A DNA stretch of 64,000 bases, from positions 3,816-67,815 of the forward strand of contig CAZRGC010000003.1 of NCBI GenBank assembly GCA_964599625.1. Direction: 5' to 3'. Numbering within the stretch: position 1 is the first letter of the stretch; the number at the start of each line of letters is the position of its first letter. Made by a program: the position numbers and the translations under genes. The notes under the pieces were generated by a model that worked only from the letters and a program-made list of their open reading frames with translations, was not told the DNA's origin and ran no database searches. This DNA comes from an uncultured Gammaproteobacteria bacterium. Its GTDB lineage: Bacteria > Patescibacteriota > Microgenomatia > UBA8517. Below are positions 26,909 to 36,062 of this stretch, in pieces.

Positions 26909-28119
26909 TTAAAAACAGTAAACTTCAGAATTTTTTTTTGGTTCTTTTTGTTTTTTTGCTCCCGACACAATTGGCTCTACATTTTTGGCCTAGCTTTGCT
27001 TTTGTTTACGGGATAAGGATAGACTATCTGGCTCCCACAATCTATTTAACTGACATATTATTTGCTTTATATGTTTACCTAGCAAAATCGAATCTTGTTT
27101 TAGTTTTTTCCAAATACAAGAAAACAATTTTAATCCTAACAACCTTTCTTGTTGTAAACTGTTTTTTTTCTACAGACAAAGCACTGTCAATAATCAAATC
27201 ACTAAAATATTTAGAAGTATTTTTTTTGTTTACTGTTATTCAAGTAAATAATGATAAAAACTTTAAAAAAAGAATTGTAACCACTTTAGTTTTTTCTGCA
27301 TGTTTTTTTTCTGCAATTGGAATTGCTCAAGTTTTGTTGGGAAAGACCACTGGTTTATTTTATTTACTGGGTGAAAGATCTTTTAATGTTTCTTCACCTG
27401 GTATAGCTCTTGTCTATGCTTTCGGAAACACCTTATTGAGGGCATATTCGACTTTTTCTCACCCCAACTCTCTTGCTGGGTATTTGGTAGTAGTTTTGCT
27501 TGTTTCGCACTTTGAAAATCTGCAAAAATATGGATTTTTTTATCGCTTCTCTTTGTTTATAGTGTGGGTTTGCTTATTGCTAACTTTTTCTTTTTCAGCC
27601 TTTGTTGGATTACTTTTTTCCTTTCTGGTTTTTTCGTTTTACACTAAAAATAAAAAAAATTGGTTAACCACTTTAAAATTGTTGTTTACGTTGTCACTTT
27701 TTACACCACTTTTTGTCAACAAGGTTTATTCATTATTTTCTACTTTTGGAACATCAGTAACAGAAAGACTTGACCTTGCTTTCATCTCTGGGCAAGTAGT
27801 CGCTAGCAACTACTTATTTGGTAGCGGACTAAATACATTTATACCAATGATTACCAAAAGTACAGGTGTACTAGGAAAATTCTGGTTACTTCAGCCTGTT
27901 CATAATATATTTTTATTAACTTTTGCTGAATTAGGTTTTTTGGGAACTATTTATTTTTACTTAGCTTTGTTTAAAAAGTTTGCAAATAGTAACAAGTTTA
28001 TTTTTACCTTAGTAAGTTTTGTTATGGTGACCGGACTTCTGGACCATTATTGGCTTACGTTACAGCAAAATCTATTAATTGCAGGTTTGGTTTTTGGTCT
28101 ATATCAAAGTAAAAACTGA
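26905..28119 (+). CDS. O-antigen ligase / O-oligosaccharyltransferase family membrane protein
   Basis: About 12 TMs, RAYSTFSHPNSLAGY, LFGSGLNTF, PVHNIFLLTFAELG; GTGA overlap with jag. Confidence 0.85.
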   Translation: MIKNSKLQNFFLVLFVFLLPTQLALHFWPSFAFVYGIRIDYLAPTIYLTDILFALYVYLAKSNLVLVFSKYKKTILILTTFLVVNCFFSTDKALSIIKSLKYLEVFFLFTVIQVNNDKNFKKRIVTTLVFSACFFSAIGIAQVLLGKTTGLFYLLGERSFNVSSPGIALVYAFGNTLLRAYSTFSHPNSLAGYLVVVLLVSHFENLQKYGFFYRFSLFIVWVCLLLTFSFSAFVGLLFSFLVFSFYTKNKKNWLTTLKLLFTLSLFTPLFVNKVYSLFSTFGTSVTERLDLAFISGQVVASNYLFGSGLNTFIPMITKSTGVLGKFWLLQPVHNIFLLTFAELGFLGTIYFYLALFKKFANSNKFIFTLVSFVMVTGLLDHYWLTLQQNLLIAGLVFGLYQSKN

Positions 28120-28211
28120 AAATCTAAGATAAACTTCCACACAGAGCAAAATATTTTACAAAAATTAAACAATCAAAATGTTTAATTCGATGCTACACTA
28201 CTAATTGTCAT

Positions 28212-28622
28212 ATGAGTTTAACAATACACACAGACGGCGGCTCCAGAGGGAATCCCGGCCCTGCTGCATCGGCTTACGTAATCGAAGATGGACCCAAGTT
28301 GGTAAAAGAGGGTTCTGTTTTTTTAGGAATAACTACAAATAATGTTGCGGAGTATATGGGTGTAATAGCGGCCCTAGACTGGTTGCTTCAAAATAAAAGA
28401 AGTGATTGGAATGAAATTTTTTTTATACTTGACTCAGAATTGGTGGTTAAACAACTTAAAGGCGTTTACAAAGTGAAAGATGTAAATTTACAAAGCTTGC
28501 ACAAAAAAATTTTGGAAAAAATAATTTCTTTAAAAATTAATACCAACTTTAAAAATGTCCCAAGAAGTTTAAACAAGAGAGCTGACTTTTTAGTAAACCA
28601 AGAGTTGGACAAAAATATTTAG
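28212..28622 (+). CDS. rnhA: Ribonuclease HI family protein
   Basis: HTDGGSRGNPGPA, TNNVAEY, LDSELVVKQ, VPRSLNKRADFL. Confidence 0.9.
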   Translation: MSLTIHTDGGSRGNPGPAASAYVIEDGPKLVKEGSVFLGITTNNVAEYMGVIAALDWLLQNKRSDWNEIFFILDSELVVKQLKGVYKVKDVNLQSLHKKILEKIISLKINTNFKNVPRSLNKRADFLVNQELDKNI

Positions 28623-28772
28623 TTCGGTGAAATTTTGGTCAGAATTTCACGTTCTTGGAGTGAGTAAGAACAAATTTAAAACTTGCCCACTTGAAAACAA
28701 TCCTTGCGTTTTATAGCCGGGTGTATAAAAATTTTTAGTATTGCGTTAATTGCATAGCCAATGTGAATCTAT

Positions 28773-31433
28773 ATGGAAAATCGTGAATTCTACGCTTCAC
28801 AAAAACTTTTTGTCTGTTTTTACTCAGAGCCAAACTTTTTTTCACTTAGTGTTTTAGAAAATCTTCTGTCTAAAAATTGCATAGTAAACATAATTGCAAA
28901 AGATACGGATACTTGGAAGAAAAACACCTATCATCTGGACAAAACAAAATTCGGGATAACACCTGTTGGTAACAACTTTGTTAAACAAACATATAACTAC
29001 GCTATATATTTTGGTGGTTTTTTTGACAAGACAAAAGCTTATACCGGATTGGAAGATTTTTATGCGGACCAAGCAATCAATGGAGTTAAAACTTTAATAG
29101 CAATGCCGTTCGAGTCTTTTGAAGAAAAAAAACATCTTGAACTGCCAATAGGACACAATACCGCGGTTGTTTATATTGGTGATCTGATCGGACCAAGATT
29201 GGATTTGGATAGCAACCTTTTTGTTTCAAGAAACATTAGTGACATTTTATTTAAAAGAAAAATAACGGTGGAAATAGGGGAGTCAATTTTTCCAATATTT
29301 GTTTATGACGCATCCAAAATTGTATCCAAATGGTTGTTATCCTTTGGGCCATACGGAAAAACCACCTTTTGTTTGGGAAAGAAAGTAACAGCTACTACTT
29401 TTTGGAAAGAAAACCAGAAATTAATCCCAGAACTGTCACTTTCGTATGACAATACAATTCAACCCAGAGTTATTCCAAAGAACTTTGACGTAAAGTATTT
29501 CGACACCGACTTAAGATTTTGCCTACAGGAAACGTACAGGCATATAAGCAACTCTTGGGAAGAGCGTAATTTTAAGGCACCCAAAAAACAACCAAAACCA
29601 AAAATTGTCATTAAAAAGAAAAAAATAAAAATTGCAATTAAAATTCCAAGATTTGTTAAACCTTTAATACTGTTGATTGTACTAATTTTGATCACACCTT
29701 TAGTGACAACGGGTGTGGGGGCGGGAATCATGTATTCCAACTACAAGAATGTAGTATCCGGTAAAAACAAAAATAACGAAAACTCTTTATTGTTGGCAAA
29801 AACCCTTTTTAATATAAGTAAAAAAGAAAGCGCGCTTCTTATGTATGTTCCAATTGCTAATACTATTTATAGAGAAACATACTACATATCTTGGTTGGGA
29901 ATAAATGTTTCAGATTTGGCAGTTGAGCTTTTGCCAATATCCCAAAGTACAGGAGATTTTTTGGGTAAAGTTTTAGGTAATGAAATATACGACCCGTCTG
30001 AGTATTCGTCAAAAATTAAGACCGCTTTGGATATTTTTTACAAAAAGCTTTCCCTAATAGAAATTGAAACTTTAAATCAAGCGTTAGATGGGGGTAAGGT
30101 TGCTAAAGAAGTTGAAACAAAAGTGGATTTTGATCGTTTAAAAACTTTAACTTCAAAAGGTGGGGTACTTTCAGATAACTTGTCTGATATTTTGGGAAAA
30201 AGCAGCAAAAAATCTTACTTAGTTCTTTTTCAAAATAATATGGAACTGAGACCCACGGGTGGTTTTATCGGTTCTTTTGGCATAGTAAATTTTCAGGGCG
30301 GCAGGATGACAGAATTAAGCATAAACGATGTTTACTCTGCAGATGGTCAACTAAAAGGACATGTTGAGCCTCCGGCGCCAATCAAAAACTACTTAGGAGA
30401 GGCTAACTGGTGGTTAAGAGATTCAAATTGGGATCCCGATTTTTCAACTTCTGCACAAAGGGCTGAGTGGTTTCTTGATAAAGAACTTGACCAAACAGTT
30501 GATGGGGTTTTAGCGGTTGACCTGAATCTTGTTAAAGAAATTCTAAGGTACACGGGCCCAATTTTCTTGCCGGACTATAACTTGGACATATCCTACGAAA
30601 ATTTGTACGAAAAAACTCAAGCCGAAGTTCACGAGGATTTTTTTCCCGGAACACACAAAAAAGCTAGTTTTTTAACAGCACTTTCAAGAAGTCTTTTGTC
30701 TGAAGTAACTAAAATGGACAACAAGGGAAAGATCCGTGTGCTGAAGGCAATATTTGAAAATCTTGAAGGAAGACATATCCAAGCTTATCTTCATAACACC
30801 GAGTCGCAAAACGCTATTTCCGAAGTAGGTTGGGGAGGTGGTATAGCAGGAACTTCTTGTGGGAGCGACTGCGGGGTTGATTTTTTGGGGCTGGTTGAAG
30901 CTAATGTTGGCGTCAACAAATCAAACTATTTTATAAAAAGAGCGGTTGATCTAAACGTCATATTAAGGCCGGGAGAAAGTGAAAAAAACTTATCTTTAAA
31001 AATAGTAAATTCGGCAAACCCTGCCCTTGGTGTTACCGGTCGCTACAAAGTGTACTTGAGGCTTTTGGTTCCAGCAAACAGCAGTTTGGTGGGTGTTGAG
31101 AGAATTGTTGGGATCAACAGGGAATCCCTGACTACAGAGACATCTGAGCTTAAAGGACGTAAGGAAATAGGAATAATCACCGAGGTTTTGGCTGGAACCA
31201 CACAAACACTGTTGTTTAAATGGAGAACAGAACTCGATTACTCTAAACCAGATTATGGCCTTTTTGTACGTAAACAGGGCGGAGTCGGAGACGATCCTTG
31301 GGGTGTCAAAATTATCCCTGACGGGGTATTGGTTAGTACACCCGCACTTTTTGGCTTGACCAAAGAGGGGTACTACACGTATAATATGAACCTGAAACGG
31401 GATTTTGCGACTGTAATAAAAAAGCAAACATAA
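28773..31433 (+). CDS. DUF4012-domain membrane protein with degenerate epimerase-like N-terminus
   Basis: YLVLFQNNMELRPTGGFIGS, LRDSNWDPDF, VDGVLAVD (DUF4012 motifs); central TM. Confidence 0.8.
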   Translation: MENREFYASQKLFVCFYSEPNFFSLSVLENLLSKNCIVNIIAKDTDTWKKNTYHLDKTKFGITPVGNNFVKQTYNYAIYFGGFFDKTKAYTGLEDFYADQAINGVKTLIAMPFESFEEKKHLELPIGHNTAVVYIGDLIGPRLDLDSNLFVSRNISDILFKRKITVEIGESIFPIFVYDASKIVSKWLLSFGPYGKTTFCLGKKVTATTFWKENQKLIPELSLSYDNTIQPRVIPKNFDVKYFDTDLRFCLQETYRHISNSWEERNFKAPKKQPKPKIVIKKKKIKIAIKIPRFVKPLILLIVLILITPLVTTGVGAGIMYSNYKNVVSGKNKNNENSLLLAKTLFNISKKESALLMYVPIANTIYRETYYISWLGINVSDLAVELLPISQSTGDFLGKVLGNEIYDPSEYSSKIKTALDIFYKKLSLIEIETLNQALDGGKVAKEVETKVDFDRLKTLTSKGGVLSDNLSDILGKSSKKSYLVLFQNNMELRPTGGFIGSFGIVNFQGGRMTELSINDVYSADGQLKGHVEPPAPIKNYLGEANWWLRDSNWDPDFSTSAQRAEWFLDKELDQTVDGVLAVDLNLVKEILRYTGPIFLPDYNLDISYENLYEKTQAEVHEDFFPGTHKKASFLTALSRSLLSEVTKMDNKGKIRVLKAIFENLEGRHIQAYLHNTESQNAISEVGWGGGIAGTSCGSDCGVDFLGLVEANVGVNKSNYFIKRAVDLNVILRPGESEKNLSLKIVNSANPALGVTGRYKVYLRLLVPANSSLVGVERIVGINRESLTTETSELKGRKEIGIITEVLAGTTQTLLFKWRTELDYSKPDYGLFVRKQGGVGDDPWGVKIIPDGVLVSTPALFGLTKEGYYTYNMNLKRDFATVIKKQT

Positions 31434-31452
31434 CGCGTAAACATAACAACAA

Positions 31453-32124
31453 ATGAGCAAACAAACACTTAAAGCAGAAAAAAGAGAATTGGTGGGCAGG
31501 AAGGTTAAAAGCCTCAGAAAACAAGGCCTGGTTCCTGCAAACATATTTGGAAAGAAAATTGAGTCTTTGGCGGTTCAGGTGGATCTTAAAGCCTTTGATT
31601 TGGTTTACAAGGAGGCAGGGGAGACTGGTTTGGTAGAACTTTCAGTAGGCACTGATAAAAGACCTGTTTTGGTGCATGGTTTACAACTTAACCCAAAGAC
31701 CGACGAGGTTGTGCATATTGATTTTCTTCAGGTAGACCTTAAAGAGAAAGTTGAGGCACAAGTTCCTGTAGAGGTTTTTGGAGAATCACCTGCCGAAAAG
31801 CAGTCCATTGGTACAGTTGTTCAGCATATCAACGAGATAACTGTAGAGGCGCTTCCTGCAGACTTACCAGAGAAATTTGAAGTTGATAAATCGGTTTTGG
31901 AGACTGTAGACCAAGCGGTGTTTGTTAAGGATCTTAAGGTTGATAGTTCTAAGGTAACCATAATAAACAACCCCGACGATATAGTTGTTAAGGTTGAGCC
32001 ACCACAAAAAATAGTAGAGGAAATTGTAACACCCGCAGAAGGTGAAACCGGGGATACTTCAAACATTGAAGCGGCAACTGAAGCCGGGTCAGAAGACAAG
32101 CCCGCCGAAGAAGCTAAGGAATAA
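31453..32124 (+). CDS. rplY: 50S ribosomal protein L25 / Ctc
   Basis: LRKQGLVPANIFG, HIDFLQV, VEALPADLP; acidic tail. Confidence 0.95.
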   Translation: MSKQTLKAEKRELVGRKVKSLRKQGLVPANIFGKKIESLAVQVDLKAFDLVYKEAGETGLVELSVGTDKRPVLVHGLQLNPKTDEVVHIDFLQVDLKEKVEAQVPVEVFGESPAEKQSIGTVVQHINEITVEALPADLPEKFEVDKSVLETVDQAVFVKDLKVDSSKVTIINNPDDIVVKVEPPQKIVEEIVTPAEGETGDTSNIEAATEAGSEDKPAEEAKE

Positions 32125-32389
32125 CGTAGTTTGGATCTATCTCCAAAGCCTCTCCTTTGTTGCCAACTTCTAAATGACCAGGTATATAATTTGGATGTTT
32201 TTGTAAAAAGTCCTTCCAAAAGTCTTCTTTACTCAATAGTGGGGAGTTTTCTGTGCTTAACCCAAGTACTTTGTTAGTTTTTGTATATATTGAAATATTG
32301 ATTGCGGAAAGAATGATTATGATCAATACAAAAGATGTTATAAAAAAATGCCATATATTTTTAGATACTTTGAATTTCCCTGTTTGCAT
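32114..32389 (-). CDS. Small single-TM hypothetical protein with TPR-like C-terminus
   Basis: TM followed by FWKDFLQKHPNY...ALEIDPNY. Confidence 0.6.
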   Translation of the reverse strand: MQTGKFKVSKNIWHFFITSFVLIIIILSAINISIYTKTNKVLGLSTENSPLLSKEDFWKDFLQKHPNYIPGHLEVGNKGEALEIDPNYVIP

Positions 32390-32418
32390 CGTTCTGAAAA
32401 AGAGTGCTAATATGGATT

Positions 32419-33291
32419 ATGGATCCAAACAATCAAAATCCGCAAGTGGGAGACATAGCAAAACTTGAAGAAGACTTGCAGAAACTCAACTCTCAGGCCT
32501 TACCCACACAAGAAGCAGCGACAAGTACGGTTGTAAGTTCCGTAAATACAACAGCACCCGTATCGTTAACTAATACACAAACTCCAACCTCCCCTCCGTC
32601 AAATACCCAAGTTGACGCACCTGTGACACAGTCACCAACAGTTCCTCATGGTTTTCCTACAGCCATTCATAATGGACAAGTAGCAGAAACTGTTAATGCT
32701 ACTGCGCAAAATCCCGCTTTTTCAAATCCTGCTTTCAATCAAAGTCCTCCTCAACCAACAGAAGTAAAAACGAGTGAACCAGGCACCAACCCTCCCGGGA
32801 AAAAGAGTAATCTTGTTTTGACTATAGCCTTTGTCCTTATGGCAGTAGCTGTGTTAGCGGCGGCAGCTTATGCTATCGGAAACAGTAGCAAAAAAAGTGA
32901 TCAAATGAGCGAAGCTGCTCCCACAACAACTTCTGTAACAGCCACTCCCGTCTCCTCTACCGAAAGTGCAACCCCAGCAGCTTATGAAAGTTCTACATCA
33001 TCACCTTCAGCCTCAACTACTCAACCAAAAACAGTTGAAATAAAAAACTTTGCTTACTCACCCGCAACTTTAAATGTAAAAGCTGGTGAAACAGTAACCG
33101 TAAAAAACAGTGATTCGGTAGCACACAGCCTAACTGAAGACACAAGTTTGTTTGACACTGGACTTATTCAACCAGGTGAGTCAAAGACCTTTATCGCCCC
33201 GACAAAAGCAGGATCATACAAGGTACACTGTGTACCCCACCCAAGTATTACCGGAACTATAGTTGTTGAGGAGTCGGGAAATCCGAGCTAA
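32419..33291 (+). CDS. Membrane-anchored cupredoxin (plastocyanin/amicyanin-like)
   Basis: Low-complexity N-terminus, TM, Ser/Thr stalk, then VEIKNFAYSP...VAHSL...YKVHCVPHPSITGTIVV. Confidence 0.85.
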   Translation: MDPNNQNPQVGDIAKLEEDLQKLNSQALPTQEAATSTVVSSVNTTAPVSLTNTQTPTSPPSNTQVDAPVTQSPTVPHGFPTAIHNGQVAETVNATAQNPAFSNPAFNQSPPQPTEVKTSEPGTNPPGKKSNLVLTIAFVLMAVAVLAAAAYAIGNSSKKSDQMSEAAPTTTSVTATPVSSTESATPAAYESSTSSPSASTTQPKTVEIKNFAYSPATLNVKAGETVTVKNSDSVAHSLTEDTSLFDTGLIQPGESKTFIAPTKAGSYKVHCVPHPSITGTIVVEESGNPS

Positions 33292-35335
33292 TAATTAGTT
33301 CTTCGTGTCCAATCTCTTTCCAAACTGCTTCTGTTACAAAAGGCATAAATGGATGTAGAAGTTTAAGTGACGTCTCATAGACAGACAGTAGTTTGTTTAC
33401 TGCCTGGATGTTTCCTTCTTTATATTTTTGTTTGTTTTCTTCAATATACTTATTGGCAAGTTCATTCCATACAAAGTTATAGATTTTCTCAGCAGCTTCA
33501 TTCAACCTGAACTTTTCAAAATCATCGTTTATATTTTTAATCAACAAGTTGAGTCGCTCGTCTATCCAGTCGTGGTTCAGGGGACCTTTTGAACTTCCCA
33601 CCCCGTTCATCTTGATAAACCGTGCAATATTCCAAATTTTGTTAGCAAATTTCCTTTGACCGTTTATTTTTTCTTCTGAAAGCGAGATGTCGTTTTCAAC
33701 TAGACCTCCCCATATAAGGCCCATACGCAAAGCGTCTGCTCCGTATTTATTTGCCATTTCAATGGGGTTGATAACATTCCCTTTTGATTTACTGATTTTC
33801 TGTCCGTCTTTATCCCTGACCAAGCCATGCAAAAGAACATTCTCAAAAGGGGTACGGCCAGTGGCATAAATTCCCAGCATCATCATTCTGATTACCCAAA
33901 AAGGCAGAATATCATAGCCCGTTTCCATAACAGATGTTGGGTAATACTTTTGAAAATCGCCTTCTTTGGTAGTTTTTAGTGTTGCAAAAGGCCACTGGCC
34001 GGAAGAGAACCAAGTGTCAAAAGTGTCTATATCCTGTGTGAGATTAATCTTGCCGCAAGACCGACAATCGTCGGGTGTGTCTCCATCTGTTATGGTCCAT
34101 TCACCACAGTCACTACATAGGTAGGCAGGGATTCTTATACCCCAAACAATTTGTCGGCTAATATTCCAATCTTTAAGATTTTTTAACCAATGCTTGGCAA
34201 TTTTTTCGTATTTTTTGGCTGCAAATTTTGTTTCACCTTTTTTTATACTATCGAATGCCTTTTCTGCCAAAGGTTGGACTTTCACAAACCATTGGGTTGA
34301 AATCATGGGTTCTAATGTGCTGTGGTCCCTGTAACAAGTTCCCACCTGATGCGTAATTTTTTCAGTTTTCACTAATTTACCCTCTGTCTCCAAATCCTTT
34401 GCAACCTGTTCGCGCGCAGCTTCAGCCTTCATTCCCAAATATTTTTCTGGTGTGCCTGTCATGCGTCCCTTCTCGTCAATTACCGTAATTCGCGGTAATT
34501 TGTGCTTTTCACCAATTTCAAAATCTGTTGGGTCGTGAGCTGGTGTAACTTTCAACCCTCCCGTTCCAAAAGTTATATCTACCACATTATCAGCGATTAC
34601 GGGAATTTCGCGGTTAATTATTGGGATTAATGCTTTAGTTCCTATTAGTTTTTTGTATCTTTTATCATCGGGATGAACAGCGATTGCAGCATCGGCAAAA
34701 ATTGTTTCCGGTCTTGTTGTGGCAATGGTGATAGAACCATAATCCAAGTAAAAAATATTATCTTCCCTTTCGACATAATCTACTTCAAGCTGAGAATAAG
34801 CGGTTCCGCATTTTGTGCAAAAATTAACAATACGTTCGCCTCTGTACAACAAGTTGTCGTCGGAAAGTTTTTTGAAAGTGGAATAAACAACTTTGACTAT
34901 TTCGGGGTCTAAAGTAAATTTAAATCTTGACCAGTCACAAGAGGCCCCTAAGCGTTTAAGTTGTTCCTCCATAACACCTGTATTGTCTTGGACATAGTCC
35001 CAGATTTTTTTGTAAAGGGTGTCGCGGTCAAAATCGAACCTGCTTTTGCCTTCTTTCCCAAGTTTTTTCTCAAAAACATATTGTGTTTCAATTCCTGCAT
35101 GATCAGACCCGGGCAGCCAAAGTGTAGAATCTCCTTTCATTCTGTGGTATCTCACCAGGGCGTCTTCTATAGCCACAAACCTAGCGTGCCCAATATGCAA
35201 AGGATCGTTGGCGTTTGGTGGAGGCATAATGATGGTGAAAGGTTTCCCTGTTTGGGAAGGAGCAAATGAGTCCGTTTTTTCCCAGGTGTCATAAATTTCA
35301 CTCTCGTATTTTTTATGGTCGTATTGTGGATCCAT
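33257..35335 (-). CDS. valS: Valine--tRNA ligase (lacks the C-terminal coiled-coil arm)
   Basis: PPPNANDPLHIGHA, DHAGIETQ, DWNISRQIVWG, DTWFSS, KISKSKGN. Confidence 0.96.
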   Translation of the reverse strand: MDPQYDHKKYESEIYDTWEKTDSFAPSQTGKPFTIIMPPPNANDPLHIGHARFVAIEDALVRYHRMKGDSTLWLPGSDHAGIETQYVFEKKLGKEGKSRFDFDRDTLYKKIWDYVQDNTGVMEEQLKRLGASCDWSRFKFTLDPEIVKVVYSTFKKLSDDNLLYRGERIVNFCTKCGTAYSQLEVDYVEREDNIFYLDYGSITIATTRPETIFADAAIAVHPDDKRYKKLIGTKALIPIINREIPVIADNVVDITFGTGGLKVTPAHDPTDFEIGEKHKLPRITVIDEKGRMTGTPEKYLGMKAEAAREQVAKDLETEGKLVKTEKITHQVGTCYRDHSTLEPMISTQWFVKVQPLAEKAFDSIKKGETKFAAKKYEKIAKHWLKNLKDWNISRQIVWGIRIPAYLCSDCGEWTITDGDTPDDCRSCGKINLTQDIDTFDTWFSSGQWPFATLKTTKEGDFQKYYPTSVMETGYDILPFWVIRMMMLGIYATGRTPFENVLLHGLVRDKDGQKISKSKGNVINPIEMANKYGADALRMGLIWGGLVENDISLSEEKINGQRKFANKIWNIARFIKMNGVGSSKGPLNHDWIDERLNLLIKNINDDFEKFRLNEAAEKIYNFVWNELANKYIEENKQKYKEGNIQAVNKLLSVYETSLKLLHPFMPFVTEAVWKEIGHEELIISSDFPTPQQL

Positions 35336-35499
35336 ATACAAAACCAGGTATTGAAGGGTGAGCCTGGGGCTCACGGTACCACCTTGCAGTTACTCATTTA
35401 ATCCGCTTAAGTTTCTTTTCGGCGGTAAGCTCCTTTGGGGACTGGCCAAAGTCAAGCGCTTAAGGGCTATTATATCCTTTTTGAAAATATCCGACAAGT

Positions 35500-36060
35500 T
35501 TAGTCTTCGTATGTATATTTCACCCATGGAGTGTTTTTAACAAAGCCACATCTTCTTAAGATATCAATAGATGCCTCGCGGTGTTTGCCATTGACCACCT
35601 CGCCATTTCTTATTTGGATTTCGTCATTCTCGAACAATGATTCATAAACAGGTTGTGAGGAAATCACCATTCCAAGCCCGTAAAGATAGCCTTCCAAATC
35701 GTGAGTGTGGTAAGCAAGATCTAATACTTTAGGGTTTTCATTGGCATAATCACGGAATCTATCGGTGAATGAACTAAAAGATGGGTAGTCGGTAGGCTTC
35801 ACAGGTGTGGTTTTTCTGTCAGCAAGTGAAGTAACAAAGCCAAGCCATGATTTAAGATCTATGGTGCCATCCTCATTCAAAACATTAAGCTTTTTGAGGT
35901 GTTGAGTTAGGGTTTTACGAATTTGTTTAGCGGTTGTTTTATCTTCGGCTCCTTTTTCAATTAACCAAGCCCACATGGCATCAATCTGATCTTTGAGAGT
36001 TTCCTGCTCTTTGTAACTTAAACTTTTATCACCACCTTCGCCAAATCCTTCGTAACTCAT
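35500..36060 (-). CDS. Hypothetical protein
   Basis: 186-aa ORF starting 2 nt after the tsaD stop; no motif recognised. Confidence 0.6.
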   Translation of the reverse strand: MSYEGFGEGGDKSLSYKEQETLKDQIDAMWAWLIEKGAEDKTTAKQIRKTLTQHLKKLNVLNEDGTIDLKSWLGFVTSLADRKTTPVKPTDYPSFSSFTDRFRDYANENPKVLDLAYHTHDLEGYLYGLGMVISSQPVYESLFENDEIQIRNGEVVNGKHREASIDILRRCGFVKNTPWVKYTYED

Positions 36061-36062
36061 TG

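Noticed and set aside
32384-32410. GAGTGCTAA half-site upstream of the cupredoxin as a third CIRCE
   Set aside because: The left arm (TTGCATCGT) does not match TTAGCACTC. The sequence is better explained as a -35 plus extended -10 (TGcTAATAT) promoter.
35336-35400. Hairpin (GTGAGC...GCTCAC) upstream of valS as a T-box riboswitch
   Set aside because: The leader is far too short and lacks the T-box AGGGTGGNACCGCG sequence and specifier stem.
35390-35527. 45-codon minus-strand ORF between valS and the 186-aa gene
   Set aside because: Short, overlaps the upstream gene end, and has no motif or clear start signal.
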